A DNA stretch of 32,000 bases from Thermodesulfobacteriota bacterium (GCA_026625185.1 CP113000.1:1095622-1127621), one strand, 5' to 3'; positions 1 through 9,278 are shown, counted from the stretch's first letter. Numbers and translations are program-made. Notes: a model not told the origin generated them from the letters alone.

Positions 1-1027
1 ACGGGATTTTAAATTGGAAACCCTAAGTAAAAAACCCCTGGTGGGAAAAGAGCGGTTTGATAACATCATCAGCAACAGTCCGGAGATGCATAAAATCTTT
101 GCCCTGATCACCAGATCCTCCAGCGCGAAAAGCAATGTCCTTATTATTGGCGAAAGTGGTACGGGTAAGGAATTGGTTGCTCGGGCGATTCATCAGCACA
201 GCGACAGGAAAGATAAACCCTTTGTAACCATAAATTGCGGTGGAATCCCGGAAAACCTTCTGGAAAGCGAGCTGTTCGGCCACAAAAAAGGCTCTTTTAC
301 CGGCGCCTTAGCTAATAAGATTGGTCTTTTCGAAGCAGCGTCGGGCGGCACTATTTTCCTTGATGAGATCAGTGATCTTCCCCTTCTCCTCCAAGTCAAA
401 CTTCTCCGGGTGGTTCAGGAAAAAGTCTTCACTCCTATTGGCGAAACCAAGGAGGTAAATGTAGATGCAAGAATAATCTCGGCTACCAACCAGGACTTGG
501 AACAAAATGTCATTGCCCGAAAATTTCGGGAAGACCTTTATTACCGTTTAAATGTAATCCAAATAAGGATCCCTCCGCTTCGGGAGCGAAAAATGGATAT
601 TCCTCTTTTAGCCCAATACTTTCTGGACAAATATTCCCGGGAGATGGGAAAAGAAATTCAACAAATCTCCTCCTATGCGCTTGACACCCTACAAAACTAC
701 CACTTCCCGGGAAATGTAAGAGAACTGGAAAATATCATTGAGCGAAGTGTTGCCCTCGAAACCACTAATATCATCCTTCCCGAGAGTTTGGCGCTCGCAA
801 CCCACAAGATGGGGCAAAAAGAGTTGGGGGTGGTTGATATAAACCTGCCACCTGAAGGAATAGATTTAGATGGATTAATTAATAAGCTGGAAAAAAATTT
901 ATTGCTTAAGGCCCTGGGGGAAACTCAGGGAAAAAAGAACAAAGCCGCTGAGCTTCTCCGAATCTCCTTTCGTTCCTTCCGTTACCGGCTTGAAAAACAT
1001 GGTATTGATGCTCCGGGTGATGAGTAG
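1..1027 (+). CDS. sigma-54-dependent transcriptional activator (NtrC/EBP family), 5' end outside the window
   Basis: The reading frame is open from base 2, with no stop upstream of the TTG at 14, so the N-terminal sensor/receiver part is missing. Motifs: Walker A GESGTGKE; GSFTGA, a variant of the GAFTGA sigma-54 contact loop; FLDEI Walker B; C-terminal Fis-type HTH AAELLRISFRSFRYRLEKHGI. Confidence 0.9.
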   Translation, partial: RDFKLETLSKKPLVGKERFDNIISNSPEMHKIFALITRSSSAKSNVLIIGESGTGKELVARAIHQHSDRKDKPFVTINCGGIPENLLESELFGHKKGSFTGALANKIGLFEAASGGTIFLDEISDLPLLLQVKLLRVVQEKVFTPIGETKEVNVDARIISATNQDLEQNVIARKFREDLYYRLNVIQIRIPPLRERKMDIPLLAQYFLDKYSREMGKEIQQISSYALDTLQNYHFPGNVRELENIIERSVALETTNIILPESLALATHKMGQKELGVVDINLPPEGIDLDGLINKLEKNLLLKALGETQGKKNKAAELLRISFRSFRYRLEKHGIDAPGDE

Positions 1028-1956
1028 GATAAGACCAGCCCTTCTAAGATTCCTGAGTCAATAACCCGCAAAGCCGAAAATTCAAAAATCTCCATCACTC
1101 CCATAGCAATAATGATCCCCGGGATAATTAAATCCTCGCGTCCCTTTTGCAGTCCTGGTAGTGATAAGCGTTCCGCAACAGTCTTAACAATTAACCCCTG
1201 GAAAATCTCTTTGATCCGTTTTATCTCTACGAGGTGATTAGTCACTTTTCCCCGGTCATACTGAGCTAACTGCAAATCAAGTGCCGCTAAGGTGGTTGGG
1301 GTTCCGGCTATTCCAATCAGAATTATCCGGTGATCACGCTTAAAAGGGTAAAGCGAAGCGCTCTGAAACTGTTTTTTAATCGTCTGAATTTTTGTTGCGA
1401 CAATCTTTTCTATTGCCGTTAATTCTTCTTCCTGAGGAGGGTCGTGATGAAGATATTTCTCCGTGATATGTACTACCCCCAGGTCAATGCTTTCCACCCT
1501 TAAAACGTCAGTCATCCGCGTGAGAATAAACTCGGTGCTTCCGCCCCCAATGTCAAAAATAAAAGCCTCGTCATATTCACAGTCAACCGGTAACAATGCT
1601 CCCCGGCAAGCCAGTTTAGCCTCAGTATCCCCTGAGATGAGAGTGATTTCTATCCCCGTTTGTTCTCGTACTTTATCAATAAAATCCTTTCCATTGTGAG
1701 CGTCCCGAACCACGCTTGTCGCCACCGCAATAATTTTATTGGTTTTACGTTTGGTAATCGATTTTTTAAAATCCCTAAGCGCCTCAAGAGTCCGATCCAT
1801 CGCCTCAGGCGACAATACCCCTCGGGAAGAAAACCCTTCCCCGAGCCGAGTGATCATTTCTTTATGAAAGACCGATGTAAAATTTCTGCCTCCCGCGTAG
1901 TCAGCTATTAAAAGCCGCACGGTGTTTGTTCCCACATCTATTGCCGCGACCCGCAT
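982..1956 (-). CDS. Ppx/GppA family phosphatase (exopolyphosphatase / pppGpp phosphohydrolase N-terminal type, no HD domain)
   Basis: N-terminus MRVAAIDVGTNTVRLLIADY and FDIGGGSTEF are the ASKHA-fold phosphate-binding motifs typical of Ppx/GppA. The 324-aa length fits the catalytic domains alone. Confidence 0.9.
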   Translation of the reverse strand: MRVAAIDVGTNTVRLLIADYAGGRNFTSVFHKEMITRLGEGFSSRGVLSPEAMDRTLEALRDFKKSITKRKTNKIIAVATSVVRDAHNGKDFIDKVREQTGIEITLISGDTEAKLACRGALLPVDCEYDEAFIFDIGGGSTEFILTRMTDVLRVESIDLGVVHITEKYLHHDPPQEEELTAIEKIVATKIQTIKKQFQSASLYPFKRDHRIILIGIAGTPTTLAALDLQLAQYDRGKVTNHLVEIKRIKEIFQGLIVKTVAERLSLPGLQKGREDLIIPGIIIAMGVMEIFEFSALRVIDSGILEGLVLSYSSPGASIPCFSSR

Positions 1957-2008
1957 CAGTCCTCCGTTTTGATAATAGTATGAACTGACAGTGGCTACCC
2001 CGATGTTA

Positions 2009-2191
2009 TTCCCGCGAAGAGACTGTGTCGCACGCCATCTTGTGTCATTTCGAAGCGAAGCGAGTGCGCATCAGCTCATTATCCCTCGCAAAGCGAGAAA
2101 TCTTTTTGTTATATATTCAATACGGTAAGATTCCTCCCATACGTTCGGAATGACATTTTTTCTAATCACGACACAGTCTCGAAGGCGGGAA
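2009..2191. repeat. nested imperfect inverted repeat (REP/MITE-like palindromic element)
   Basis: Left arm ttcccgcgaagagactgtgtcg (2009-2030) matches the reverse complement of cgacacagtctcgaaggcgggaa (2169-2191). An inner pair is tgtcatttcgaagcg (2043-2057) versus the reverse complement of cgttcggaatgaca (2142-2155). A central hairpin ctcgc-aaa-gcgag lies at 2085-2097. The 110-aa ORF over this region (2071..2403) is probably an artefact of the repeat. Confidence 0.6.
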
Positions 2192-2347
2192 TCCAGTTTA
2201 AAATACTGGACTCCGGGGCAAGCCCGAAATGACCTAAAAATAAAAACTTTCTTCTCTACAGAGATAGGTTGATAAGCTTTCTTGACAACTATACGGTATC
2301 CATGATAATTTTTCAACAGAAGTCTATAGGTAAATTTTTTTATTGAC

Positions 2348-3190
2348 ATGAGAAGATCAATAACCACAAACATCGCCCTTGTCTCGTGTGACCTCAACGG
2401 CACCCTGGTCCATCAGCATACGATGATGGACATGATCAGGGTTTATTTTCCCGATCAGCCGGAGCGATTTAAAAAAGCAAAAGAAGCTTTTAACAAGCAA
2501 ACCTCCGGACTTTTAAGCATGAAGGAAGCCTTTGCGATTGCCGGACCTCTTACCAGGGGTTTAAGCCTTCGGAATGCCATCCGCTATGCAGTAAAAGAGA
2601 TGAATTTTCTGGAAGGCTTTGAACTTTTTATTTCTACTCTTTATGAAAAGGGGATCTATTTTATTATAAACTCTACGGGATACAGCATAACTACTGAAGT
2701 TATCAAGGCGATTTATGGGCCGGAAAAAATTTATGCGGTGATCTGCAATCGCCTTATTTTTGGATGGGGGGGGAGAAATCATAAAGTGATTGACGAGGCT
2801 GAATTGTCTCAGCGGGTGAAAAAGTATTTTCGCGGTAGTGAAAAAGAAAAGAGCTACGATGAAATCCTGGCCACCGGACAGGTAAAGCTCGGAATCCAGG
2901 ATGAAAGAGAGAAGGTTAACCTGCTCTTTACGATTGCGGATACACTAAAAATACCAAGACAAGCAATCGCCCATATCGGAGATACCATGGGAGATAGTGT
3001 TGGAATAAGCGACGTTGCCCGAAATGGGGGCCTGGGTATTGCTTTTAACTATAACCAAGCCCTTAAGAACTATCTGGAGAAAATTCTTAAAAATGAAAAT
3101 TTTTTGGGAACGATTCTCCTGATTGAGCCTAAAAAAGAGACTTCCAGTCTAAAGCTTCTTTCAGATATTATACTATCCTATTCATCATAA
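2348..3190 (+). CDS. HAD-superfamily hydrolase-like protein (phosphoserine-phosphatase-like, subfamily IB-like)
   Basis: Motif I-like ALVSCDLNGTLV has D-x-N-x-T rather than D-x-D-x-T. Motif IV-like is HIGDTMGDSVG. The stop lies 12 nt before the next gene. Confidence 0.65.
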   Translation: MRRSITTNIALVSCDLNGTLVHQHTMMDMIRVYFPDQPERFKKAKEAFNKQTSGLLSMKEAFAIAGPLTRGLSLRNAIRYAVKEMNFLEGFELFISTLYEKGIYFIINSTGYSITTEVIKAIYGPEKIYAVICNRLIFGWGGRNHKVIDEAELSQRVKKYFRGSEKEKSYDEILATGQVKLGIQDEREKVNLLFTIADTLKIPRQAIAHIGDTMGDSVGISDVARNGGLGIAFNYNQALKNYLEKILKNENFLGTILLIEPKKETSSLKLLSDIILSYSS

Positions 3191-3202
3191 AGCCCCTAAC
3201 GC

Positions 3203-4195
3203 ATGCAAAAAGAAACTTTGGATATTTTGAGAAAAAATTTGCACGACCTGACGGTAAAAGGAGAAATAATTTTCCGGGATGGGGAAAACAATTTTTTTTC
3301 TCAGGCCCTGAAAGAATTTGCCCAGGCAGTTTCCGAAGCAACCGGGGGAAAAATTTCTGTTAATATGAAAAAAAGTGGTTCTTCTCTGCCCGGATTGCCT
3401 GCTCTCACCATATCGGGTGAGCATTCTCGCAACATTCATTATTTGGCTCTTCCAGAGGGTTATGAACTTCATCCTTTCATACAAGCCATTAAATTTCTAA
3501 CCCCAGGCTATGCGCCCCTTTCTGCCCAGGTAAAAAAAACGATCTCCATGGTCACAACTCCCGTTGAAGTCCGCGTTTTTGTCTCTCCCTATTGCACCAA
3601 TTGCCCCCAGGTGGCCGAAACAGTGATTAAATTAGCTTCCGCCAACCCCCTGGTTTCCGCCTTTATTATTGATGTTCATAATTTCAAGGGATTAGCTGAT
3701 GAATATCGCCTCACGTCAGTTCCGGCTACGGTTATAAATAATGAACTTGTCCTTTTTGGGTTAATCACTGAGGAAAAATTAGCAGAGCTTCTGGCACAAA
3801 AGGATAAGCCCCTCTATGGTCGTGAGCTGATGCGCTCTCTGATTGAAAGCGGGCTAACCTTAAAAGCAGCCGACCTCATCTGCCACGAAAAAGGGAGAGG
3901 AGTAATTTTAGAACTCTTCCGAGAAGGAGACTTTTTTACCCGGTTGGGTATATTAGTTGCGTTCGAAGAGGCATTAGAAAAAGACCAAAAGGCAATCCGA
4001 GGAATGGTCCCCCAGCTTATTGAGCTGCTCTACCATCAAGACCACCGCATCCGAGGTGATATTGCTGATCTTCTGGGAAAGATCGGGGATGCAACCACCA
4101 TCCCTCATCTGCAAAAATTGACCAGCGATCCCCACCCCGAGGTGGCTGAAGCCGCGTCTGAGGCCCTGGAAAGGTTTCATAACGCTTCAGGCTAG
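3203..4195 (+). CDS. thioredoxin-fold protein (AhpF N-terminal domain / protein-disulfide-oxidoreductase-like) fused to HEAT repeats
   Basis: The second Trx-like unit, VFVSPYCTNCPQVAE...SVPATVINNELV, has a CxxC site. The first unit resembles the cysteine-less half of PDO/AhpF-NTD (IHYLALPEGYELHPFIQAI). The C-terminus HQDHRIRGDIADLLGKIGDATTIPHLQKLTSDPHPEVAEAASEALE resembles PBS-lyase-type HEAT repeats. Confidence 0.7.
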   Translation: MQKETLDILRKNLHDLTVKGEIIFRDGENNFFSQALKEFAQAVSEATGGKISVNMKKSGSSLPGLPALTISGEHSRNIHYLALPEGYELHPFIQAIKFLTPGYAPLSAQVKKTISMVTTPVEVRVFVSPYCTNCPQVAETVIKLASANPLVSAFIIDVHNFKGLADEYRLTSVPATVINNELVLFGLITEEKLAELLAQKDKPLYGRELMRSLIESGLTLKAADLICHEKGRGVILELFREGDFFTRLGILVAFEEALEKDQKAIRGMVPQLIELLYHQDHRIRGDIADLLGKIGDATTIPHLQKLTSDPHPEVAEAASEALERFHNASG

Positions 4196-4198
4196 CCT

Positions 4199-5482
4199 AT
4201 GAATCTTTTACTTTTTGAAATTAACCCGTTTACTCCCCCGTCAGTTCCCATATCATTGGCGTATATCGGAGCCTATGCTCAAGCCAATGGTTTCGGAGTA
4301 AAGATCATAACTCTTGGTGAAGGCACACCCTTTTCCCTTCGCCATTTACAAACACTCATTGAAGAATATAAACCCGGTCTTGTTGGTTTCTCAACCTACC
4401 AAAGGAATATCTTCTATGTATTAGGATTGGCAAATGCCATAAAAAAGATCGCCCCCGAAATAAAGACGGTAATTGGCGGCCCCCAGGCAACGTTCCTTCC
4501 GTCTGTCAGCCTTGCCCAAAGCTCGATTGATTTTATCTGCCGAGAAGAAGGCGAGCTCGCTTTTTTTACTATTGCCAAAACCCTGCTAGAAGACAGCGCG
4601 ATCCCTCTCGTTCCGGGATGTTCCTGTAAATTAGAAGACGGACGGTTCTCTGATGGCCCTCCTCTTATTGGTTACACAAACCTAGATCATCTCCCCTCTC
4701 CTTATTTGAGCGATGGTCTTATTGACTTTGAAAAAATAGACGAAGCTATCCTCCTTACTTCCCGCGGTTGTCCCTACCAATGTATTTTTTGTTATACACC
4801 CAATGCCTTCAAACAGAAAGTGCTTTTCCATTCTATCGAAAGAGTAATAGAGGAGATTGAGCGAATCGTAAAAAGGGGGATCAAAAAAATTTGGTTTGCG
4901 GACCCGAGTTTTTCTTTCCGTATGGAGCGGGTTGATGAGCTGATGGAGAATATCCTCAAAAAAAATTTTAAGCTGGATATCTGGCTTGAAACCCGCGCCG
5001 ACCTGATTAATACGGAATTGCTCAAAAAAATGAAACGCGCAGGAATAAAGCAGGTTGCTTATGGACTTGAGTCAGCATCCGAGAAAGTGCTTTCAAAGCT
5101 CAAAAAGAAAATTTCCCTTGACCAGATTCGAAAGGCTATAGATCTTACGCACCAGCAAGGAATAGGCGTAGAGCTTTTTACCCAATTCGGTCTTCCCCAT
5201 GAGACCTTTGAGGATGCTATGACCACCTTTAGGTTTCTAAAAGACAATCAGGTCCCGATCCGGGGAAACTCCAATTCTCAGCAGACCCAAATCTATTTTG
5301 GCACTGAACTTTATACTCATCATAAAAAATACGGGGTTTTCCCTTTCGAAAATCAAACGCCTCCTTATCTTTCCATCGGCGACCAGTATGAAACATCCTG
5401 TCTATCATCGGGTGAGATCAAAAAAATTAAAGTCATCTGGGAAAAAGAATCTTTAGATGGCGGAAAAAGAATGGTATCGTGA
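4199..5482 (+). CDS. cobalamin (B12)-binding-domain radical SAM protein
   Basis: CxxxCxxC radical SAM cluster motif in TSRGCPYQCIFCY. The N-terminal Rossmann-like region (GFGVKIITLG...LVGFSTY...VIGGPQATF) is typical of class B radical SAM enzymes. The start lies 3 nt after the upstream stop. Confidence 0.85.
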   Translation: MNLLLFEINPFTPPSVPISLAYIGAYAQANGFGVKIITLGEGTPFSLRHLQTLIEEYKPGLVGFSTYQRNIFYVLGLANAIKKIAPEIKTVIGGPQATFLPSVSLAQSSIDFICREEGELAFFTIAKTLLEDSAIPLVPGCSCKLEDGRFSDGPPLIGYTNLDHLPSPYLSDGLIDFEKIDEAILLTSRGCPYQCIFCYTPNAFKQKVLFHSIERVIEEIERIVKRGIKKIWFADPSFSFRMERVDELMENILKKNFKLDIWLETRADLINTELLKKMKRAGIKQVAYGLESASEKVLSKLKKKISLDQIRKAIDLTHQQGIGVELFTQFGLPHETFEDAMTTFRFLKDNQVPIRGNSNSQQTQIYFGTELYTHHKKYGVFPFENQTPPYLSIGDQYETSCLSSGEIKKIKVIWEKESLDGGKRMVS

Positions 5483-7218
5483 CCAAGGTTCTCTCGATTA
5501 AAAACGCGATAATCCTTCTCAATGGGAAAAACCGCTCCCGCGGCTATAAGGACTTTCTTGCCCCGATTTTCCCTTTGCTTGACCTTTACTCCGATATTTA
5601 TGTGGTCTCTGAAAATTTTCTGGAAGACTTTTCCCGGTTTATGGAGACAATGAAAGAGGTTGCTCAGTTCCTTACTGCACATAAATTCTATCGGATCAAC
5701 CTCCGCCCCCTTCATCCATTCTCGTCCTCCGCCCATTTCATAGAAATTTACACCACCCTCCATTATACGCTGCTGCCTTTTATGGAGGAGGCATATCGCC
5801 ACCAAAACATATCCCGTTTAATGATCTTTCCCGTGATACAATTAAAAGAAGCGGGCGATGAAAAAAACCTTTTGTCGTTTTTAGAGTTTCTGAGAGAGCG
5901 AAACCTGGTTCCCAGCCTGTATCTTCAAAACTTTTCTTCCTTATCTATCCAGAATCTTATCAATACCCAAAAAGAACGCGTCTATATAGAACGTGGCGAA
6001 GGGCCACCAGAGGAAAAGATTGTGCGAACACTTTGTTGTCACCTTCAGTGCGATAAACTTCTTGCCTGGTTTAATACGCCCGTGAGGAGCGGACTGCCGG
6101 AGGACCGGACGCTTATTTTTTCAGAAAAAGATCAAATTTTTTTTGTGGGATTAAAAAACTTTCTTACCGGGAATTCTTTAGACGCGCATTCTGGGGCATT
6201 AATTTCGGAAATTGAAAAGACGTTTTTAAAGAACTACGATGATCCCCTTTTCCACAACCTTGCGGTTCTCCCCCAATTAAAAGAAACCTTCCTGACAAAC
6301 AACCGAAAACGAGAGGCCGCAAATATTTTCTTCAGCCTCGGGTTAGAATTGGTAAAAAGAGAAGACTACGCAAAGGGACTTGATCTGTTTGAGGAAGCCC
6401 TCGCCATGCCCGGCGGTATCGATGATCTTCGTGCGGTCTTACTTTCTAAGGCCCTCTGCCATCTCCGGCTTCATGATTTTAAATCAGCCCAGGCGGGTCT
6501 GGATGCGGTTGAGAAAGAAGACCCTACCGATGCCATGGTGCACTATTATCAGGGACAGCTAGAGTTTGGACTTAAGGATTATATTGAGGCAATTGACCGG
6601 TTTAAGAAAGCAATCGAAATTGATGCCCGCCAAATTCCCGTGGGAGATGCTTATTATTATATGGCGCTCTCCCACATCGATATTTTAGAATATGATGATG
6701 CCTTGACGTGCTTAGCTGAGGCGGAAAAAAATTTTTCGCAGGATAAGCTCAGTCCCATTTTTTATTATCAAGGGATCTGCTTTCTGGGAAAAAATAACCT
6801 GGATGCCGCGTACCAATTTTTTCAGAAAGCATTATGCTCTAATCCCGCTCAGGAGGACTTAAGCAGCATTTACCTTCACCTCGGAATCTGCCACAAGGAA
6901 AAAGGAGAGTACCTTAGCGCTCTTGATGATCTTAAAAAAGCGCGGGAAGCTGAAGAGGATCGATTGGACGTTCATAACCTTATGGGATTCTGCTATTTCA
7001 AACTTAAATACTATGATCAGGCAATCGCGTGCTTTTTAAGGGCTGTCGAGATAAACCCTCATTCCGCGATTGACTGGGCTAATCTGGGGGTAAACGTGCG
7101 GGCAAAAGGCGAAGATGAAAAAGCCATTATCTTATTTAAAAAAGCATTGGGCTTAGATCCTACTATTGGTTTTGCCCAAAAACACCTGCAGGAGTTGCTG
7201 GAGAAAAAAAACCGATGA
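5479..7218 (+). CDS. TPR-repeat protein with an N-terminal domain of about 270 aa and unknown function
   Basis: The GTG start overlaps the radical SAM stop (GTGA). The C-terminal half has repeated 34-aa A/Y/G-patterned units (e.g. AYYYMALSHIDILEYDDALTCLAEAEK, HNLMGFCYFKLKYYDQAIACFLRAVEINP). I recognise no motif in residues 1-270. Confidence 0.8.
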   Translation: MTKVLSIKNAIILLNGKNRSRGYKDFLAPIFPLLDLYSDIYVVSENFLEDFSRFMETMKEVAQFLTAHKFYRINLRPLHPFSSSAHFIEIYTTLHYTLLPFMEEAYRHQNISRLMIFPVIQLKEAGDEKNLLSFLEFLRERNLVPSLYLQNFSSLSIQNLINTQKERVYIERGEGPPEEKIVRTLCCHLQCDKLLAWFNTPVRSGLPEDRTLIFSEKDQIFFVGLKNFLTGNSLDAHSGALISEIEKTFLKNYDDPLFHNLAVLPQLKETFLTNNRKREAANIFFSLGLELVKREDYAKGLDLFEEALAMPGGIDDLRAVLLSKALCHLRLHDFKSAQAGLDAVEKEDPTDAMVHYYQGQLEFGLKDYIEAIDRFKKAIEIDARQIPVGDAYYYMALSHIDILEYDDALTCLAEAEKNFSQDKLSPIFYYQGICFLGKNNLDAAYQFFQKALCSNPAQEDLSSIYLHLGICHKEKGEYLSALDDLKKAREAEEDRLDVHNLMGFCYFKLKYYDQAIACFLRAVEINPHSAIDWANLGVNVRAKGEDEKAIILFKKALGLDPTIGFAQKHLQELLEKKNR

Positions 7219-8438
7219 ATCCCCAAAAAGCAAAGGCGCTTTACTCCCTCATCTTGCCTCAGGGATTAGTCTTAGGGGCAATTATTTTTTATCTCCATTT
7301 TTTTGCCACCCCAAAAACCGTGCTCCTGGTCGCTCCTATTTATTCTTCGGTAGTATTAGTGGCTGGGGTGTTGCTGGGTTGGCGTTTTAACAGAAGCCGG
7401 CTCGTGTTTTCTCTTCTGGTCTTGGCCCTGTCAGAAAGAGGGCTTTTTTGCCTTTTTCATATCCAGGGCATTAATGATGTTGTGAAACACACTGCCTTTG
7501 GTAGTATGGCGCTGCTCTTACCCGTAAACTTTGTTCTTCTCTCCATAATGCGCGAGCGTGGTATATTCACTTTCACCGGCCTTTGGCGAGCGAGTGTAAT
7601 CCTCCTCCAAGTTTCTTTAGTTGTTTTAATCGCCTACTACCATCCCGAAAAGGTAATCGTTTTTTTCAATTATAATCTGCTGAGTCCACGCGTTCTTCAA
7701 TGTACACCAATTCCCCAGAGTGCTTTGATCGTGATCGGATTAGGATTGATCTTTTTTTTGATTCGTTTTAGGTATAAGCAAAAGCCCATGGAAATCGGCT
7801 TCTTTTGGGCGCTCTTTACCGCGGTTATTGCTCTAAGTCAAAACAAAGAGCGCTTCGTTACCGTTTACTTTGCCACCGCTGGCCTTATCCTCGTTATTTC
7901 CCTTATAGAGACTGCTCACGCCATGGCCTACCAGGATGAATTGACAAGTCTTCCGGGAAGACGGGCATTAAAAGAATATCTGCTTAAACTGGTTAGTGAG
8001 TATACCATTGCCATGCTTGATATCGATCATTTCAAAAAATTTAACGACACTTACGGACACAACGTGGGAGATCAGGTGTTACGGATGGTAGCGTCAAAAC
8101 TCGCCGCGGTTTCCGGCGGGGGAAAGGCTTTTCGGTATGGCGGGGAAGAATTTACTCTGGTATTCTCAAAAAAATCTCTTGGAGAAACAACTCCTCACCT
8201 AGAAGATCTCCGGGAAACGGTTGCATCATCACGCTTTACCATTCGAGGGAGCAAACGCCCCCAAAAAAAGCCAAAAACCATTATTCCCGTGAGCGGAGAA
8301 AGAAAAAAGCTCTCGGTTACCGTAAGTATTGGCGTAGCTGTGCAGAAAAATAATCAAAAGTCAGCTCAGGTGATCAAAGCTGCGGACAAAGCGCTTTATC
8401 GTGCTAAAAAATCAGGACGCAACCAAGTGAGTACATAA
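7215..8438 (+). CDS. membrane-anchored diguanylate cyclase (GGDEF domain)
   Basis: The ATG overlaps the upstream stop (ATGA). About 230 aa of hydrophobic multi-pass segments are followed by DELTSLPGRRAL...DIDHFKKFNDTYGHNVGD...RYGGEEF...ALYRAKKSGRNQV. The active site is GGEEF. SGGG occupies the position of the RxxD I-site. Confidence 0.9.
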   Translation: MNPQKAKALYSLILPQGLVLGAIIFYLHFFATPKTVLLVAPIYSSVVLVAGVLLGWRFNRSRLVFSLLVLALSERGLFCLFHIQGINDVVKHTAFGSMALLLPVNFVLLSIMRERGIFTFTGLWRASVILLQVSLVVLIAYYHPEKVIVFFNYNLLSPRVLQCTPIPQSALIVIGLGLIFFLIRFRYKQKPMEIGFFWALFTAVIALSQNKERFVTVYFATAGLILVISLIETAHAMAYQDELTSLPGRRALKEYLLKLVSEYTIAMLDIDHFKKFNDTYGHNVGDQVLRMVASKLAAVSGGGKAFRYGGEEFTLVFSKKSLGETTPHLEDLRETVASSRFTIRGSKRPQKKPKTIIPVSGERKKLSVTVSIGVAVQKNNQKSAQVIKAADKALYRAKKSGRNQVST

Positions 8439-8687
8439 AAAACACAAAGAAGAGTAGCGCTAAACGAAAACAAAATCGCTCAAGCCCCTCAAAACTCAAC
8501 TGAAGAATTATTTTTAAGGTTAGCAATAAATTCATGAAACCCATCACCCTGAGCAAGAAGGTCATACCAAGTTTCATTCAAAAGCGGATCGAGGCGACGA
8601 CGAGGAATCGACGCAGGCGTAAGTTTTAGTACGTCGAGGAGTATGACGGGGAGACAACAAAGATATGCAAAGGAAGGCGACTTGGCA

Positions 8688-9278
8688 TCAGTTGTCGCTT
8701 GTGGCAGTGCCCTTAAAATCCGGTTGCGGAAGGCTTAATCGGTTTAAATCACTTTTTTCCTGAAACAATTCTTTATCGTGTTTCAGCACAAACTGCTGGA
8801 GTTTCTTTTGTTCCTCGGTTATGGATAAAGAGTAAGCATATTTTTCTTTGCACACTGTGCCCTTCAAGCTACCTTCCTTAATTGCGTTTTCAATCACCTG
8901 AGCATTCAGAATAGAAATCACCAATGATTCACCTTCCGTTGAGTATTTAATCAAGAGATATCCTTTCGGCTCATCGGCCGGCCGAACCCATTTCAAATTC
9001 AAATACTTGTTATTCCCCAATGAGGATGTGTTTCCATTAAACTCGGAAACATCTATGGTGCCATCCTTGTCATGTTCGATCATAATTACCTGAAGCAGCT
9101 TCGACTCTTTATTCAGCCCTATGTGGACAAAACCCGAGTCACTTTCTTCGTTCCAAAACCAGGTTCCCAATACTGCCGCATCTATTTTTTCTTTATTCGG
9201 GTCAGTAAGAGGATTATCTGAATAAGGTACACACCCTCCTAAAAAAATTACCATAAACAGTATCGTTACGTAACGCAT
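8688..9278 (-). CDS. lipoprotein of unknown function
   Basis: Signal peptide with lipobox MRYVTILFMVIFLGGC. I recognise no catalytic motif. Confidence 0.6.
   Translation of the reverse strand: MRYVTILFMVIFLGGCVPYSDNPLTDPNKEKIDAAVLGTWFWNEESDSGFVHIGLNKESKLLQVIMIEHDKDGTIDVSEFNGNTSSLGNNKYLNLKWVRPADEPKGYLLIKYSTEGESLVISILNAQVIENAIKEGSLKGTVCKEKYAYSLSITEEQKKLQQFVLKHDKELFQEKSDLNRLSLPQPDFKGTATSDN

Noticed and set aside
2071-2403. 110-aa minus-strand ORF
   Set aside because: It runs through the nested palindromic repeat. Its sequence (..VIPNVWEESYRIEY..) is the kind of pseudo-protein produced by REP-like repeats.
3974-4180. Other short antisense ORFs in the track (for example 3974..4180, 4792..5025, 13620..13847, 15360..15603, 21569..21781)
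   Set aside because: Each is fully nested in the opposite strand of a well-supported gene and lacks translation signals.
5365-5805. 146-aa minus-strand ORF
   Set aside because: It is antisense to the junction of the radical SAM and TPR genes, has no SD or motifs, and conflicts with two translationally coupled genes.
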